A DNA stretch of 64,000 nucleotides from positions 7,040,001 through 7,104,000 of the forward strand of contig CBDDPY010000002.1 of the NCBI GenBank assembly GCA_965232515.1, in the 5' to 3' direction. How positions within the stretch are numbered: position 1 is the stretch's first letter; the number at the start of each line of letters is the position of its first letter. The DNA comes from Alphaproteobacteria bacterium. GTDB taxonomy: Bacteria > Pseudomonadota > Alphaproteobacteria > GCA-2731375. Of this stretch, positions 12,001 through 18,977 are shown piece after piece. Made by a program: the position numbers and the translations under genes. The notes below the pieces were generated by a model. That model made no database searches. It worked only from the letters and a program-made list of their open reading frames with translations, and was not told the DNA's origin.

Positions 12001-15000
12001 CGCGGCCGCGTCGGGTGGCGAGGTTGACGTCGACGCCCGTGGCCGACGCGCCATAGGCGGCGGTGTCGCGGCCGGCGCCGCCGGTCAGCAGGTCGGCGCC
12101 GGCGCCGCCGGCGAGCGCGTCGTCGCCGGTGCCGCCGTCGAGCTGGTCGTCGCCGGCGCCGCCGAACAGCGCATCATCGGCGCCCTGGCCGGAGATGTTC
12201 ACCGCGTCCGTTCCGGTGGTCCAGAACACGTCGGAGGCGATGCCGCCGATCGCCATCTCGGCGTTGATCTGGCCGAGATCGATGGCGAGGCCGAGCGGGC
12301 CGTCGGCGATCACCAGGTCGAAGCCGTCGCCGGCGTCGATCAACAGCCCGCCCTGATCGTCGACCACCCGGTCGTCGGAATCGATCATCAGGATGTCGTC
12401 GCCGGCGCCGGCCGAGAAGTCGTCCTCGCCGGTGCCGCCGATCAGGATGTCGTCGCCGGCGCCGCCGATGAGCACATCATCGCCAGAGCCGCCGTCGATC
12501 CGGTCGTCGCCGATGTTGCCCGTCAGCGTGTCGTCGCCGCCACCGCCGACCATGGCCGCCGGCGCGGTGGCGCTCGACGACAGGATGTCGTTGCCGTCGC
12601 CGCCGACCACCGCCTCGAAGCCGTGGGCGGCGATGTCGATGGTGCGGCCGACGCTGCCCTCGATGACCAGCGTATCGCGGCCGTCGCCGCCGGAGATATT
12701 GGCCATGTTGTCGGCGTCGTCGATGACGATGATGTCCTGGCCGCCGCCGCCGTGCAGCGTGTCGCTGCCGGCGCCGCCGACCAGCTTGTCGTCGCCCTCG
12801 CCGCCGGTCAGCACGTCGGCGCCGTCGCCGCCGTAGGCCGCGGTCAGGCCGTCGGCCGTCAGGTCGACGCTGATGCCGGCCGCACCGTCGCCGGCGGCGC
12901 GGATCTGGCTGCCGTCGTCTTTGCGGATGGTGACGCTGCCGTCGGCATTCTGACGCAGGCCGGTGGTGCCGTAGCCCAGGCCGACGTCGCCGAACGTGCC
13001 GGTGCTGCCGTCGGACTTGCGGTAGCGGCCTGTGCCGAGCACGACGTTGCCGTTGTTCTCCCGGTGCTGGCCGTCGCTCGTGAGCGTCACCTCGGTGATT
13101 CCTGCGGCGTCCAGGCCGACAAACTCGCCGGGGTCCGTGATGCCGTCCTGGTCCAGGTCCTGCCAGACGCCGAACTTCGACCATTCGGCATCGGCCGAGC
13201 TGAGCACGCCGTCGTCGTTCCTGTCGAAGAATTTGAGGCCGTCGAGGTCGGTCTCGGCGCCCAGCACGTAGGCGCGGAAGGCGATCTCGTCGAAGTCGGC
13301 GATCAGGCCGTCGCTGTTCTTGTCATAGGCCAGGAAGCCGTCGTCCGGCGCCACCCAGCCGACGCGGTGGAGGAAGCCGGAGGCGTCCAGCGCGAACTGC
13401 GCCGGCGAGTCGTTGAAATGCACCAGCTCCAATCCGTCGCCGTCGAGATCCAGCACCAGCGGCAGGGCGCCGCCGCCGTCGCCGCCCGGGCCACCGTCAC
13501 CGTCGGCCGGGGGATTGTAGTATTGCGGGATCTTGTTGGTCTCGGGCGGCGTGTCGAAGTTCAGCAGCTTGCCGTTATAGAAATAGCCGGCCAGCACCGG
13601 CTCGTTGTCGTGGCCGTAGGTCCAGTGCCAGTTCTTCGGATCGTTGGCCGCGGCTTGGCGCGCCTGCTTCTCGGCCAGCAGCGCCGCCTCGTACTGGGCG
13701 ATCGATTGCGCCCGCGTCAGATCGTAGAGCGCCTGCGTCTCGCCGCCGACCAGCGCCGTGTCGAGCTGCAGCGCCGCCGCCCGGCGCTGGCTCTCGGCCC
13801 AGCGCGCCTGCGCTTCGGCGCCGCCGGCGTCGACCATGGCCAGGAACGTCGCCTCGTCAGTGCGATAGAAGCTCCAGTCCCAGGCCGCGGTCAGGTCGTC
13901 GTCCATCTCGGCCAGTGTCTGCGCGGTCGAGCGGTAGAGCGCGCGCTTCACGTAGATGTCGCCGCCCTCGAGCTGCACGGACTTGAGCTGGTCCAGCGCG
14001 CCGGCCTCTATCGCCGCCTGGGCCGTGCTGTAGTGCGGAAAGCCGAAATTGTCGGTCTCGGCGTCGCTGCGGCCCCAGAAATAGCCGGTCACGTCCTTGC
14101 CATACTTGTACTTGGCCTCGTGCACGTTGGCGACGCGGCCGCCGGCCTTGGCCGTGAAGATGTTCAGGAAGTCGGCCGCCGCCTGGCCCATCTCGACGAC
14201 GACACCGGCCCCCAGCCCGTTGTCCGAGCCATAGCCGTCGATCAGGAAATGCTCGTCCCGGAAGCGCACGTTCGAATGCCCGATCGGCCCCACGCTCTTG
14301 CCACCCCCGAACAGCCCGCCGATCGAGGTGCCGAAGAACGAGCCTGCGAAGAACACGGCGGCGAGGGCGACGATGGCAGTTGCCGGATTAGAGCCGAGTG
14401 CAGCGGCGAAGAGACTTTTAGCACTGCCAATGCCAAAAGCAGTCGAGGATGCTACTGCGGTTGCAGCAAGGCTGCCAATAGCGCCGCCGATGGCTTGCCC
14501 CTTGGGGTTGCCGCCATCGAAGATGGTGGTCGCGAGTTTGGAGCCGAAATAGGAACCGACGGCCGTGGCGGCCGACACCTGGAGTGCCTGCTGAAAAGAC
14601 GCGGTGGCAATCCACGACTGCGAAGTAGCTCCGAGTTTCTCAGCGACTCGGACACCGATCTGCTGGGCGGCCGTACGGCCGAAAATGCCCCCGATAAGTT
14701 CGCCATACTCAGCATTGACACCAATGGCGTCTGCCAGCTCGGCACCGATTTCCGTGCCGACAAGATTGCCGACTGCGTTGATGCCGGCCTGCACGACACC
14801 TGTCGCGAGGCCGTCAGCGGTGATACCTGAGAAATCCTCGCCATATGCGGCTTGGGCGAGCGTGCTCAGCGTTGTGCTGATAAGCACCTCACTGGCAATT
14901 TGTAGGGCTTCATTATCGTCGATAAATGCTTCCGCGAGCTGCGATCCGATGAAGGACGCGGCGCCGGATACCAACTGCTGACCGAACTCGTTCGCATTAA

Positions 15001-16768
15001 AGTCGAAATCAATGCTACCACTATTGCTGCTGCCTTCGGATCCAGCAGTCGCACCGCCAGTGCTTGTCGGATCGACGATCGATGTCTCTGCACGGCCCAG
15101 GGTTGCGTTGATCTTCTCTTGGTAGGCCGCATAGATCGTCCCTGCTCCGGCAAGACCTACGGAGTCATTTGGATCGACTCGATCGAATCCGGAGCTGTCA
15201 GTGAATCCATCCGCAAAATCGGAAAAATCTCGAGCTTGATCAATTTGTCCAAATGAAAACCGAGTTTGAACCGGCTCCCAGGCGTCTGATTCAGTACTTT
15301 CAAAATTGTAAAGCTCATGTCTACTCAGTCCTAAACCCAACTCTGAGTCGTCCTGACTGAATATTACTTGAGGCGTGCCATCGCCAAAGAGTACGGCAAG
15401 CTGTTGACCTTCGGGATTGCCGCTTTCATCAAAAAACTGATATGTGGCCCAAGCGCCTCCGGCTGAAATACCTTCTGAGCTAAACTCGGCGGTCAATGTT
15501 TCTTGGAGGTTGGATCCATTATCAGCTTCATAAGAAACAATCGTGGTTCGTAGATAACCCCCGGATCCATTCGGTCGATCTGTTGCGACTGGATCAGAAG
15601 TTGCGACGTAGGATTGTTGAATTAAGCCATTTAAGAAGCTTTGAACAGGCGCGTCAGTAGTGTCGCTTGCAAACTGACGGTCTGAAGGAAATATACTCGC
15701 CTTCCTTCGCATCTGATCGGCAATGTAGTCTTGGGACAGATTGCTACGATCGATTGCCTCCTGCAGTGTAAGCGTTGTTACAGGAGATTCTCCCGCAGAC
15801 AGGCCGTCGTACACCGGGTCCAAGTCCGAAACAAAGTAACGTTGTCCATCGATTTCTAAATCTAATACATACGCCTGTCCCGCCCGACCAACCGAAAGAC
15901 TACCATTGTCTTCGGGAATTAGCACATCGTTGAGATTATTCCCAAAAGCGGATTCAAAGTGGGTAAGGTCTGTTATATATTTTTCAAAATTTCTCCAATA
16001 AACATGTTCTGAAAATGGACCGTATGAGTCTGTTTGTATTACCTTGTACTGCTCCCCTATCTGAACAGCATAGTCAGTTACGATATCTGGACCGCTAAAA
16101 ATATTTCTAATATTCGGATCTCTAGAGATTTTTGGTGTTTTAACTCCAAAAACAGATAAAATACGTGAAGCGACATCACCAACGAAGCCTACACCTGCCC
16201 AAAACGCTCCACCCTGCCCTGGTGTTGCCGTGTTTGTGACTTTGTTATATTTATCAGGAAATTTCTCATATAATGCAATCGTGTTGATTCCGCCAGATGA
16301 ATCACCATGAAGATCAATAACTGGATCAACATTTCCTTGTTGAATAATTAGATCGCGAGTTTTTTCGGCCCATAAAATAAACCCATCCGATTGAATTCCA
16401 CCACCTACAATTGCTAATAATGCTGTGTTAAAAGCATCTGCTTGATTTCTTAGCGTTCCATCAGATGCAAAGACAAAAGAGTCATTTTTATTATTTTTTA
16501 CTGCTAGATAATTACCTCCCGTGGATGCCTTTTCTCCGGCGAAGAATTCGTACTTATCTTCTATATCCAAACGTATGTTCTTAAAATTTTGAATAATCAC
16601 ATCGTTTGCGCCGTCTTTTTCAAGACTAGTTTGCAAACGATCAAATATGGTATCTCTAACGTTCTCAAAATTCCTCGCATTAAAACTCGGAAGATTTTCG
16701 GTTTCATAGGCAATATAACTCAATATAGATGTTTCAACGATTTCGCGTAGTGATAATTCATTTCTCAC
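1..16768 (-). CDS. Giant RTX-family T1SS substrate, over 5,589 aa, 3' end beyond the window: N-terminal lipase-like domain, hydrophobic region, FrpC SPM-like module, RTX repeats, Ig-like and 7-bladed propeller modules
   Basis: GTG at 16768 preceded by GGAGGG. Manual translation starts MRNELSLREIVETSILSYIAY and is still in frame at base 2 (GGDDVLDGGAGID). The ORF track has no terminated minus-strand ORF in this frame, consistent with no stop codon. Many GGxGxD nonapeptides; long in-register antisense ORFs such as 10055-14830. Confidence 0.93.
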   Translation of the reverse strand, partial: MRNELSLREIVETSILSYIAYETENLPSFNARNFENVRDTIFDRLQTSLEKDGANDVIIQNFKNIRLDIEDKYEFFAGEKASTGGNYLAVKNNKNDSFVFASDGTLRNQADAFNTALLAIVGGGIQSDGFILWAEKTRDLIIQQGNVDPVIDLHGDSSGGINTIALYEKFPDKYNKVTNTATPGQGGAFWAGVGFVGDVASRILSVFGVKTPKISRDPNIRNIFSGPDIVTDYAVQIGEQYKVIQTDSYGPFSEHVYWRNFEKYITDLTHFESAFGNNLNDVLIPEDNGSLSVGRAGQAYVLDLEIDGQRYFVSDLDPVYDGLSAGESPVTTLTLQEAIDRSNLSQDYIADQMRRKASIFPSDRQFASDTTDAPVQSFLNGLIQQSYVATSDPVATDRPNGSGGYLRTTIVSYEADNGSNLQETLTAEFSSEGISAGGAWATYQFFDESGNPEGQQLAVLFGDGTPQVIFSQDDSELGLGLSRHELYNFESTESDAWEPVQTRFSFGQIDQARDFSDFADGFTDSSGFDRVDPNDSVGLAGAGTIYAAYQEKINATLGRAETSIVDPTSTGGATAGSEGSSNSGSIDFDFNANEFGQQLVSGAASFIGSQLAEAFIDDNEALQIASEVLISTTLSTLAQAAYGEDFSGITADGLATGVVQAGINAVGNLVGTEIGAELADAIGVNAEYGELIGGIFGRTAAQQIGVRVAEKLGATSQSWIATASFQQALQVSAATAVGSYFGSKLATTIFDGGNPKGQAIGGAIGSLAATAVASSTAFGIGSAKSLFAAALGSNPATAIVALAAVFFAGSFFGTSIGGLFGGGKSVGPIGHSNVRFRDEHFLIDGYGSDNGLGAGVVVEMGQAAADFLNIFTAKAGGRVANVHEAKYKYGKDVTGYFWGRSDAETDNFGFPHYSTAQAAIEAGALDQLKSVQLEGGDIYVKRALYRSTAQTLAEMDDDLTAAWDWSFYRTDEATFLAMVDAGGAEAQARWAESQRRAAALQLDTALVGGETQALYDLTRAQSIAQYEAALLAEKQARQAAANDPKNWHWTYGHDNEPVLAGYFYNGKLLNFDTPPETNKIPQYYNPPADGDGGPGGDGGGALPLVLDLDGDGLELVHFNDSPAQFALDASGFLHRVGWVAPDDGFLAYDKNSDGLIADFDEIAFRAYVLGAETDLDGLKFFDRNDDGVLSSADAEWSKFGVWQDLDQDGITDPGEFVGLDAAGITEVTLTSDGQHRENNGNVVLGTGRYRKSDGSTGTFGDVGLGYGTTGLRQNADGSVTIRKDDGSQIRAAGDGAAGISVDLTADGLTAAYGGDGADVLTGGEGDDKLVGGAGSDTLHGGGGQDIIVIDDADNMANISGGDGRDTLVIEGSVGRTIDIAAHGFEAVVGGDGNDILSSSATAPAAMVGGGGDDTLTGNIGDDRIDGGSGDDVLIGGAGDDILIGGTGEDDFSAGAGDDILMIDSDDRVVDDQGGLLIDAGDGFDLVIADGPLGLAIDLGQINAEMAIGGIASDVFWTTGTDAVNISGQGADDALFGGAGDDQLDGGTGDDALAGGAGADLLTGGAGRDTAAYGASATGVDVNLATRRGRGGDAEGDVLQGIENLSGSDFDDVLTGDTQDNLLQGGAGADILTGGRGDDALEGGLGDDIYEYGRGDGIDHMLDGHWYDEVTTTEVPVETVQPVNFDYQVLTPITYTARELYTYEVNVPKQVTRQVGVRPVYTYQGEDQTLVGWRYISGGSGEDITWSAYTGQVYTAYDGPGGGDAFTYGLITETYYVKEIRQEWRDVQRTKYEYVTHTGTRDAVVVEYQTVPESERKQSDGGVDTLKFGAGITLADLVFGFDRIGANPDDPHDLLFGLRSPLSPDMPVLALSDRVRLVDWANADSRIEKLQFSDGSVVTLSEASVIEGDARDEVLTGTAGTDFLAGAGGDDHISGEAGDDYLSGGTGDDRVRGKAGADLLYGEAGDDRLLGGDDDDALHGGSGADWLDGGAGIDTASYAHSGDEVAVHLGRDASEGGEAEGDRLRSVENVVASAWADTVFGSADANVIDGGGGSDRLTGGSGDDTLIGGSGFDTAVYRGNRADYEIIGTAGGLTVRDLNGTTNGDDGTDTLTGIERLQFADQAVLVSTLPFATDGLASVGKDGNVTGQLSVADDATAPELLTYAKAQDTAHGTLTLNADGSWTYTPNAGYTGADSFDYRVTDADGNVSVATITVEVVPPTTAVTAGTEIQVNTHTALAQSIPSVAVLADGSFVTVWYSDGQDGGGMGAYGQRFDAAGSALGTEFLINTHTTNDQRHPRVSALSGGGFVVVWESDSQDGSGFGVYGQRHDAAGNKVGGEFRANASTTNHQRRPSVSAFSGGGFVVVWYSDNIDGSQTAIVGQRYTAAGVATGPEFQINTHTADKQYFPRVRVLSDDSFVITWGSEGQDGDGFGVYGQRYDVNGTALGGEFRVNSYTAGAQDEPMIAELADGGFVVAWHSRYQDGSEWGVYGQRYDASGNTVGGEFRVNTHVTDIQFHPVLAGLTDGGFVVVWYSNLQDGSADGVYGQRYDALSRPVGSEFRINDTTLDRQIRPSVAARADGGFVVSWASVGQDGSEEGIVTKIYAGAGGNNGQTAVGSGGDDGLAGSAGSDMLSGGSGDDVLQGNGGDDVLDGGAGSDVAVYGGNASDYWIRRNGSETVVEDRRATPADGTDTLTGVETLRFADGDVDVAASPEAADGLASVGKDGSVTGQLSMTDDTTAPELLSYAVAQSPAHGALTLNAAGSWSYTPTAGYVGADRFDYKVTDADGNVSVATINVDVVPATTAVTAGSELQVNAHTALGQNYPSVAVLSDGSLVTVWHSTGQDGGGLGVYGQRFNAAGTALGGEFRVNSHTTGDQFTPQVAALSGGGFVVSWQSDGQDGSGRGIYAQRYDGAGAAVGSEFRVNTSTTNHQYTPSVSAFSGGGFVVVWYSDNIDGSQTAIVGQRYTAAGVATGPEFQINTFTTGNQHAASVAVLSNDSFVVTWSSDGQDGDGFGVYGQRYDVNGTALGGEFRVNSYTAGAQDESVIAELADGGFVVAWHSRYQDGSEWGVYGQRYDASGNTVGDEFQINTHVTDIQFHPVLAGLTDGGFVVVWYSNLQDGSADGVYGQRYDALSRPVGSEFRINDTTLDRQIRPSVAARADGGFVVSWASVGQDGSEEGIVTKIYAGAGGNNGQTAVGSGGDDGLAGSAGSDMLSGGLGDDVLQGNGGDDVLDGGAGSDVAVYGGNASDYWIRRNGSETVVEDRRATPADGTDTLTGVETLRFADGDVDVAASPDVTAGVVSVTSGGLASGSVGATDDGGVENLTFGIPGTPDANGWVTLSSGSRVRITNAATGDYEYEAAADFTGADSFEITATDAGGLRDVTTVGVDVSAEPSAWSVLGDKFVVSDQSPHTEHHPVGALLSGGGYVLVWMSHAADGDSWGVFGRRFNDDGTPIGSAFQVNSHTTGIQEGANVTALIDGGFVVTWYSYHDGSQSGAYGQRYDASGTAVGAEFRINTTTADYQLNPRVEALADGGFVAVWISNLQDGSEWGVYGQRYDANGAAVGTAEFRVNTATAGTQSDVNISRLSGGGFVVTWRSDGQDGDGGGVFGQRYDATGTTVGSEFQINSTTAGYQGAATVAGLADGGFVVIWQTDGQDGDSGGVYGQRFDADGNSVGDEFRVNETTSGNQSGSNVAALPDGGFVVTWYHSAITSGLHYDSGLGAYARRYDSAGQAIGGEFLVSETAAQEGPRNSSVATASDGRVLFSWWSDTQVGVIQGTAYARMYRLDLSGSMSTSTDGPDALAGGLGGDVLSGGLGDDVLQGNGGDDVLDGGAGSDVAVYGGNASDYWIRRNGSETVVEDRRATPADGTDTLTGVETLRFADGDVDVAASPDVTAGVVSVTSGGLASGSVGATDDGGVENLTFGIPGTPDANGWVTLSSGSRVRITNAATGDYEYEAAADFTGADSFEITATDAGGLRDVTTVGVDVSAEPSAWSVLGDKFVVSDQSPHTEHHPVGALLSGGGYVLVWMSHAADGDSWGVFGRRFNDDGTPIGSAFQVNSHTTGIQEGANVTALIDGGFVVTWYSYHDGSQSGAYGQRYDASGTAVGAEFRINTTTADYQLNPRVEALADGGFVAVWISNLQDGSEWGVYGQRYDANGAAVGTAEFRVNTATAGTQSDVNISRLSGGGFVVTWRSDGQDGDGGGVFGQRYDATGTTVGSEFQINSTTAGYQGAATVAGLADGGFVVIWQTDGQDGDSGGVYGQRFDADGNSVGDEFRVNETTSGNQSGSNVAALPDGGFVVTWYHSAITSGLHYDSGLGAYARRYDSAGQAIGGEFLVSETAAQEGPRNSSVATASDGRVLFSWWSDTQVGVIQGTAYARMYRLDLSGSMSTSTDGPDALAGGLGGDVLSGGLGDDVLQGNGGDDVLDGGAGSDVAVYGGNASDYWIRRNGSETVVEDRRATPADGTDTLTGVETLRFADGDVDVAASPETVDSSASVEKDGSVAGQLSAVDDVTASNLLTYAIAQDVANGTLTLAADGSWSYSPDPGYAGVDSFDYRVTDTDGNVSIGQVVIDVHDDPAGLVISGGIGHDTLLGDGGSDLISGASGDDVLRGDGGDDVLDGGAGSDVAIYGGNIADYWIRRNGVETVVEDRRATPADGTDTLTGIETLRFADGDVDLATLPTPVGGIASVGRNGTINGQLGATDDATAPELLTYALAQDATHGQLTLNASGSWTYTASSGYTGADSFDYKVTDAGGNVAVGQITIDVADQLANVATSEERRANTFTTGFQAKGHMATLPDGGFVVAWRSDNQEGATSNVYAQRFDATGDAVGPEFRVNSYTTSHQENPRVASFSNGAFIVVWWSDGQDGSSTGIFGQRYNASGTPVGGEFQVNTTTAGAQRGSDIAVLPDDGFVVTWSAEGQDGSERGIYGQRYDAEGKVVGGEFQINTHTAGMQSAAVVTALLDGGFVVTWRSDGQDGNGYGVHGQRFAANGSRMGVEFQVNSHTTGDQLSSAIGALHDGGFIVVWVSNGQDGSGYGVYAQRYDATGGVVGPEFQVNTQTANNQAYARVTALADGGFVIAWMSHDSVNAPENKVFARRYDTGGNPLGDEFQVSDYTPGTPAEQRLQAIDARPDGGFVISWQSFGQDGSDYGVFAKVYGDTEFQVNSYTTGEQSTPSVAVLSDGGHVVVWRSSLQDGSGYGAYGQRYDASGTAVGGEFRVNSHTVGDQYEPRVAALSDGGFVVVWPSDGQDGGGLGIYGQRYDAAGTAVGGEFRANSYTTDHQWVPSVAGLLDGGYVIAWRSSGQDGDTLGVYGQRYDATGTAVGGEFRINTTTVGDQRDPWVIGLSGGGFAVVWTSSQDGSIQGITGQRYDAAGVALGGEFEVNTHTSDIQAYPVAAALLDGGFVVVWQSLGQDGSGYGIYGQRYDASGVTVGGEFQVNSHVTGAQSVAAVTALADGGFLVSWSSELQDGGATGMGAYAQRYDATGNAVGGEFRLNDYTAGDQSFAVVAGRADGGFVTAWKSQDQDGSGYGVYAKVYEGDGQSLSGGDGNDALAGSAVSDSLSGASGDDVLRGNGGDDVLDGGAGID
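150..10095 (-). repeat. About 55-aa (165-nt) beta-propeller blade repeats, six groups of seven, separated by Ig-like and RTX spacers
   Basis: Consensus EFxVNxxTxGxQxxPxVAxLxDGGFVVxWxSxxQDGSGxGxYGQRYDAxGxxVGG. Seven blades counted in each group at about 150-1285, 1290-2440, 3620-4775, 5415-6570, 7215-8345 and 8960-10095. Confidence 0.85.
3300..7132. repeat. Apparently perfect in-frame tandem duplication, 1,794-bp unit, about 2.1 copies
   Basis: Unit starts at 3300, 5094 and 6888 (tccggcgatgccgcgacatcg). ORF-track translations are identical at a 1,794 offset (3662/5456, 4478/6272, 4546/6340). Confidence 0.95.
6890..10380. repeat. Older in-frame module duplication, 1,746-bp period, partly diverged
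   Basis: About 6890-7750 is near-identical to about 8636-9496 (shadow ORFs 7478 and 9224 are offset by 1,746); the remainder is more diverged. Confidence 0.85.
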
Positions 16769-16784
16769 GAGCTTTCCCTCCAAA

Positions 16785-17477
16785 TTAATCTGCTAATCTG
16801 GGAATGAGTATATTTGTGAGTTTTTTTCGATTCATGTTTATTTTGTCAATATTTTTGCATTTTGTTAAAATATATCTATTTATATCTAGTGAATACGTGT
16901 ATTCATTGTGCAAATATATATTTTGATTTATTCTTCTATTCATAACAATATGAGAGGTCTTGTTTAATATTTCACCATTGTTCCTTAAGGCACTTCGTTT
17001 TTCTACAAACTCATACTCAGCAGTTATCTGCTTTATTGGTTTGGCTGTGATGCAGACCTGTCCAGAGTCCAGTGGCATCGCGCATAGTGGATGATCAGCA
17101 CTAGCGAGTTCAAAGCGATACATGCCCGGGCGCAACTTGCTTATGCTATTTCGGCGGGAACTAGTGACCTCTGCTTCAACGAAGGCGTATCCGGCAACTC
17201 GAAGAAACTCAGACATTTGATGCCTGCAAATATTGCTGCAACCACCAAAGCGATACTGCGAAGTCCGCTCGGCGATGATGTGAATTTCAACAATGCCTGC
17301 GTGGAAAAATCCTTCCACGTCTCTAGTCGGTCTATAGATCTGTAAACCAGCATCGCGTTCGCAGATTTGATCGAATTTTGCAGTCGAAGGTGATGTTCCT
17401 TCAAACCGTAAGGAACACCCCGCTGTAGTCGTTGCGATGATAATAAAAATAACCCACGATATTTTATAGTTCATCAT
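16785..17477 (-). CDS. Low-GC, Cys-rich lipoprotein; candidate immunity or FrpD-like partner of the RTX protein
   Basis: Signal peptide MMNYKISWVIFIIIATTTAGC with lipobox TAG-C21. Stops 16 nt before the RTX start and shares the AT-rich composition of the RTX N-terminus. Confidence 0.8.
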   Translation of the reverse strand: MMNYKISWVIFIIIATTTAGCSLRFEGTSPSTAKFDQICERDAGLQIYRPTRDVEGFFHAGIVEIHIIAERTSQYRFGGCSNICRHQMSEFLRVAGYAFVEAEVTSSRRNSISKLRPGMYRFELASADHPLCAMPLDSGQVCITAKPIKQITAEYEFVEKRSALRNNGEILNKTSHIVMNRRINQNIYLHNEYTYSLDINRYILTKCKNIDKINMNRKKLTNILIPRLAD

Positions 17478-17673
17478 TTTCCAAGAACCTACCTAATGTA
17501 ATATTCTGTTTAACAACATCATCGTCGGAAAGCCAATGTTCCTGTATTGAAATTCATTATTTTCACTTGCAGATCCTGTTACCTTGTTTTCCATATCCAC
17601 CATCTGTCCGTGTCTGAAAACTGCTCAGTCGATCCGCAATACCAAACAGGCTGACAGGAACTTCACCGAGGTT

Positions 17674-18288
17674 TCACCACTCCACGACACTCACGCCCTG
17701 CCCACCGGGTGCGGGCTGCAGGGACTTCACCTTGCGGCCCTTGAAGGTTTCTTCTTTTAGTTGGCGCATGGCTTCTTCGGTGCCGCCGAAGGGACAGACG
17801 AGGTCGATGAGCCAGAGCTGGTCGCCGGAGCGCCATTCGGCGGGCGCGAGGCGACGGACTCCGGAAGCGAGACGGGCGGCGGCCTCGTCGTTGAGGAACG
17901 CCCAGGAGGCGAAGGCGACGGGCAGGTTGTCGCGGCGCCAGAGCCGGAACTGCTTCAGGCCGATCGGCGGCATCAGCAGCCATTCCAGGTCCTGCACGAA
18001 CATGTGCTTGTGCAGCGGCGAATGCATCATCACCCAGGCCGCCTGGCCGAGGATGCTCGAGAGGTCAGGCGTGATGTTCGGGCGCTGGGGGGCGGCGCCG
18101 GCCTGGTCCGCCGGGCCAGCCTCGGCGGCGGCTTGCGGCTCGGCGGCCGGCGGTTCGCCTGCTTGCGGCGCCGTGGCCGGGGGCGGCGTGGCGGCGGCGC
18201 CGTTGCCGGCCTCCGCGCCGCTGCTGTCGTCGTCGCTGTTCGAGGCGGTGGTGGGGTCGGTCTCGTTGCCGGCGGTGATGTCGGTCAT
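17674..18288 (-). CDS. hlyC: RTX toxin-activating lysine acyltransferase (HlyC/RtxC/CyaC family) with an acidic, Pro/Ala-rich N-terminal extension
   Basis: Family motifs LGQAAWVMMHSPLH, PVAFASWA, EWRSGDQLWLIDLVCPFGG. ATG at 18288 has a GGAG RBS and is preferred over the track's start at 18378. Confidence 0.92.
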   Translation of the reverse strand: MTDITAGNETDPTTASNSDDDSSGAEAGNGAAATPPPATAPQAGEPPAAEPQAAAEAGPADQAGAAPQRPNITPDLSSILGQAAWVMMHSPLHKHMFVQDLEWLLMPPIGLKQFRLWRRDNLPVAFASWAFLNDEAAARLASGVRRLAPAEWRSGDQLWLIDLVCPFGGTEEAMRQLKEETFKGRKVKSLQPAPGGQGVSVVEW

Positions 18289-18484
18289 GTCCGTGCTCCG
18301 TTGCTGGTGCGCCGTGCCGCGATGCAGGCGTGGCGCCAACGGCGCGCGGTCTGTCGCGCGCCTGTCGAAGTGTGGCACGGATCGGGGCGGGTCAGGATTT
18401 GATCTGCGGTCGTGCCAGTGGGGCGGTGGCGGTCGTGTCGGTGTGCCGGGACTTGCGCGACCGGTACCGGTGGCGACGGCGCAT

Positions 18485-18977
18485 GGATGCCGGCCTGCGC
18501 CGTTATGACGGGGGAGGGGGCGAACGCACGTCTGCGTAACCGCGACAGCCTCACATTGTCATGCCCGGGCTTGACCCGGGCATCCAGAGCGGCATTCGCG
18601 CGTTGTCGCGGCTCGTCCAGCTTCCTGCCTGTCGCAACCGTTTGTCTGGATCCCTGGATCAAGTCTGGGGATGACCAAAAGTGACTCGGGAGTGACCAAA
18701 AGCGACTCGTGGATGACCATGGGTGAAGCATGGACGAGGGGTGGGCGGCGGTTGGAGACCGTCGTGACGTCGGCTTCATCGTCATGCCGGCGGCGGCCGG
18801 CGTCCGGGGCTTGCGTTCACCGCTGAACGGTTCAGAGAGGTACGGATCATCGGCGCCGATTGGCGTCGGCGCGATGACCTGTCGGCGGTTGGCATGCGTC
18901 GCGGGCGGCAATGACGCGTGGCCGTGACGTGTGTCGGAAACGGCAAGCCCGGATGCCGGCCGGCGGCGGCATGACGG
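18485..18977. repeat. Cluster of alphaproteobacterial REP-like palindromic elements
   Basis: GTCATGCCCGGGCTTGACCCGGGCATCCA (18558-18586) pairs with TGGATCCCTGGATCAAGTCTGGGGATGAC (18647-18675). CGTCATGCCGGCGGCGGCCGGCGTCCGGG (18780-18808) pairs with CCCGGATGCCGGCCGGCGGCGGCATGACG (about 18948-18977). A half unit lies at 18485-18510. Confidence 0.7.

Noticed and set aside
10055-14830. 1,591-aa plus-strand ORF, and the other plus-strand ORFs in 194-15000
   Set aside because: In exact codon register opposite the RTX gene, with Val/Ala/Arg-rich composition and no motifs; antisense shadows of GC-biased coding sequence.
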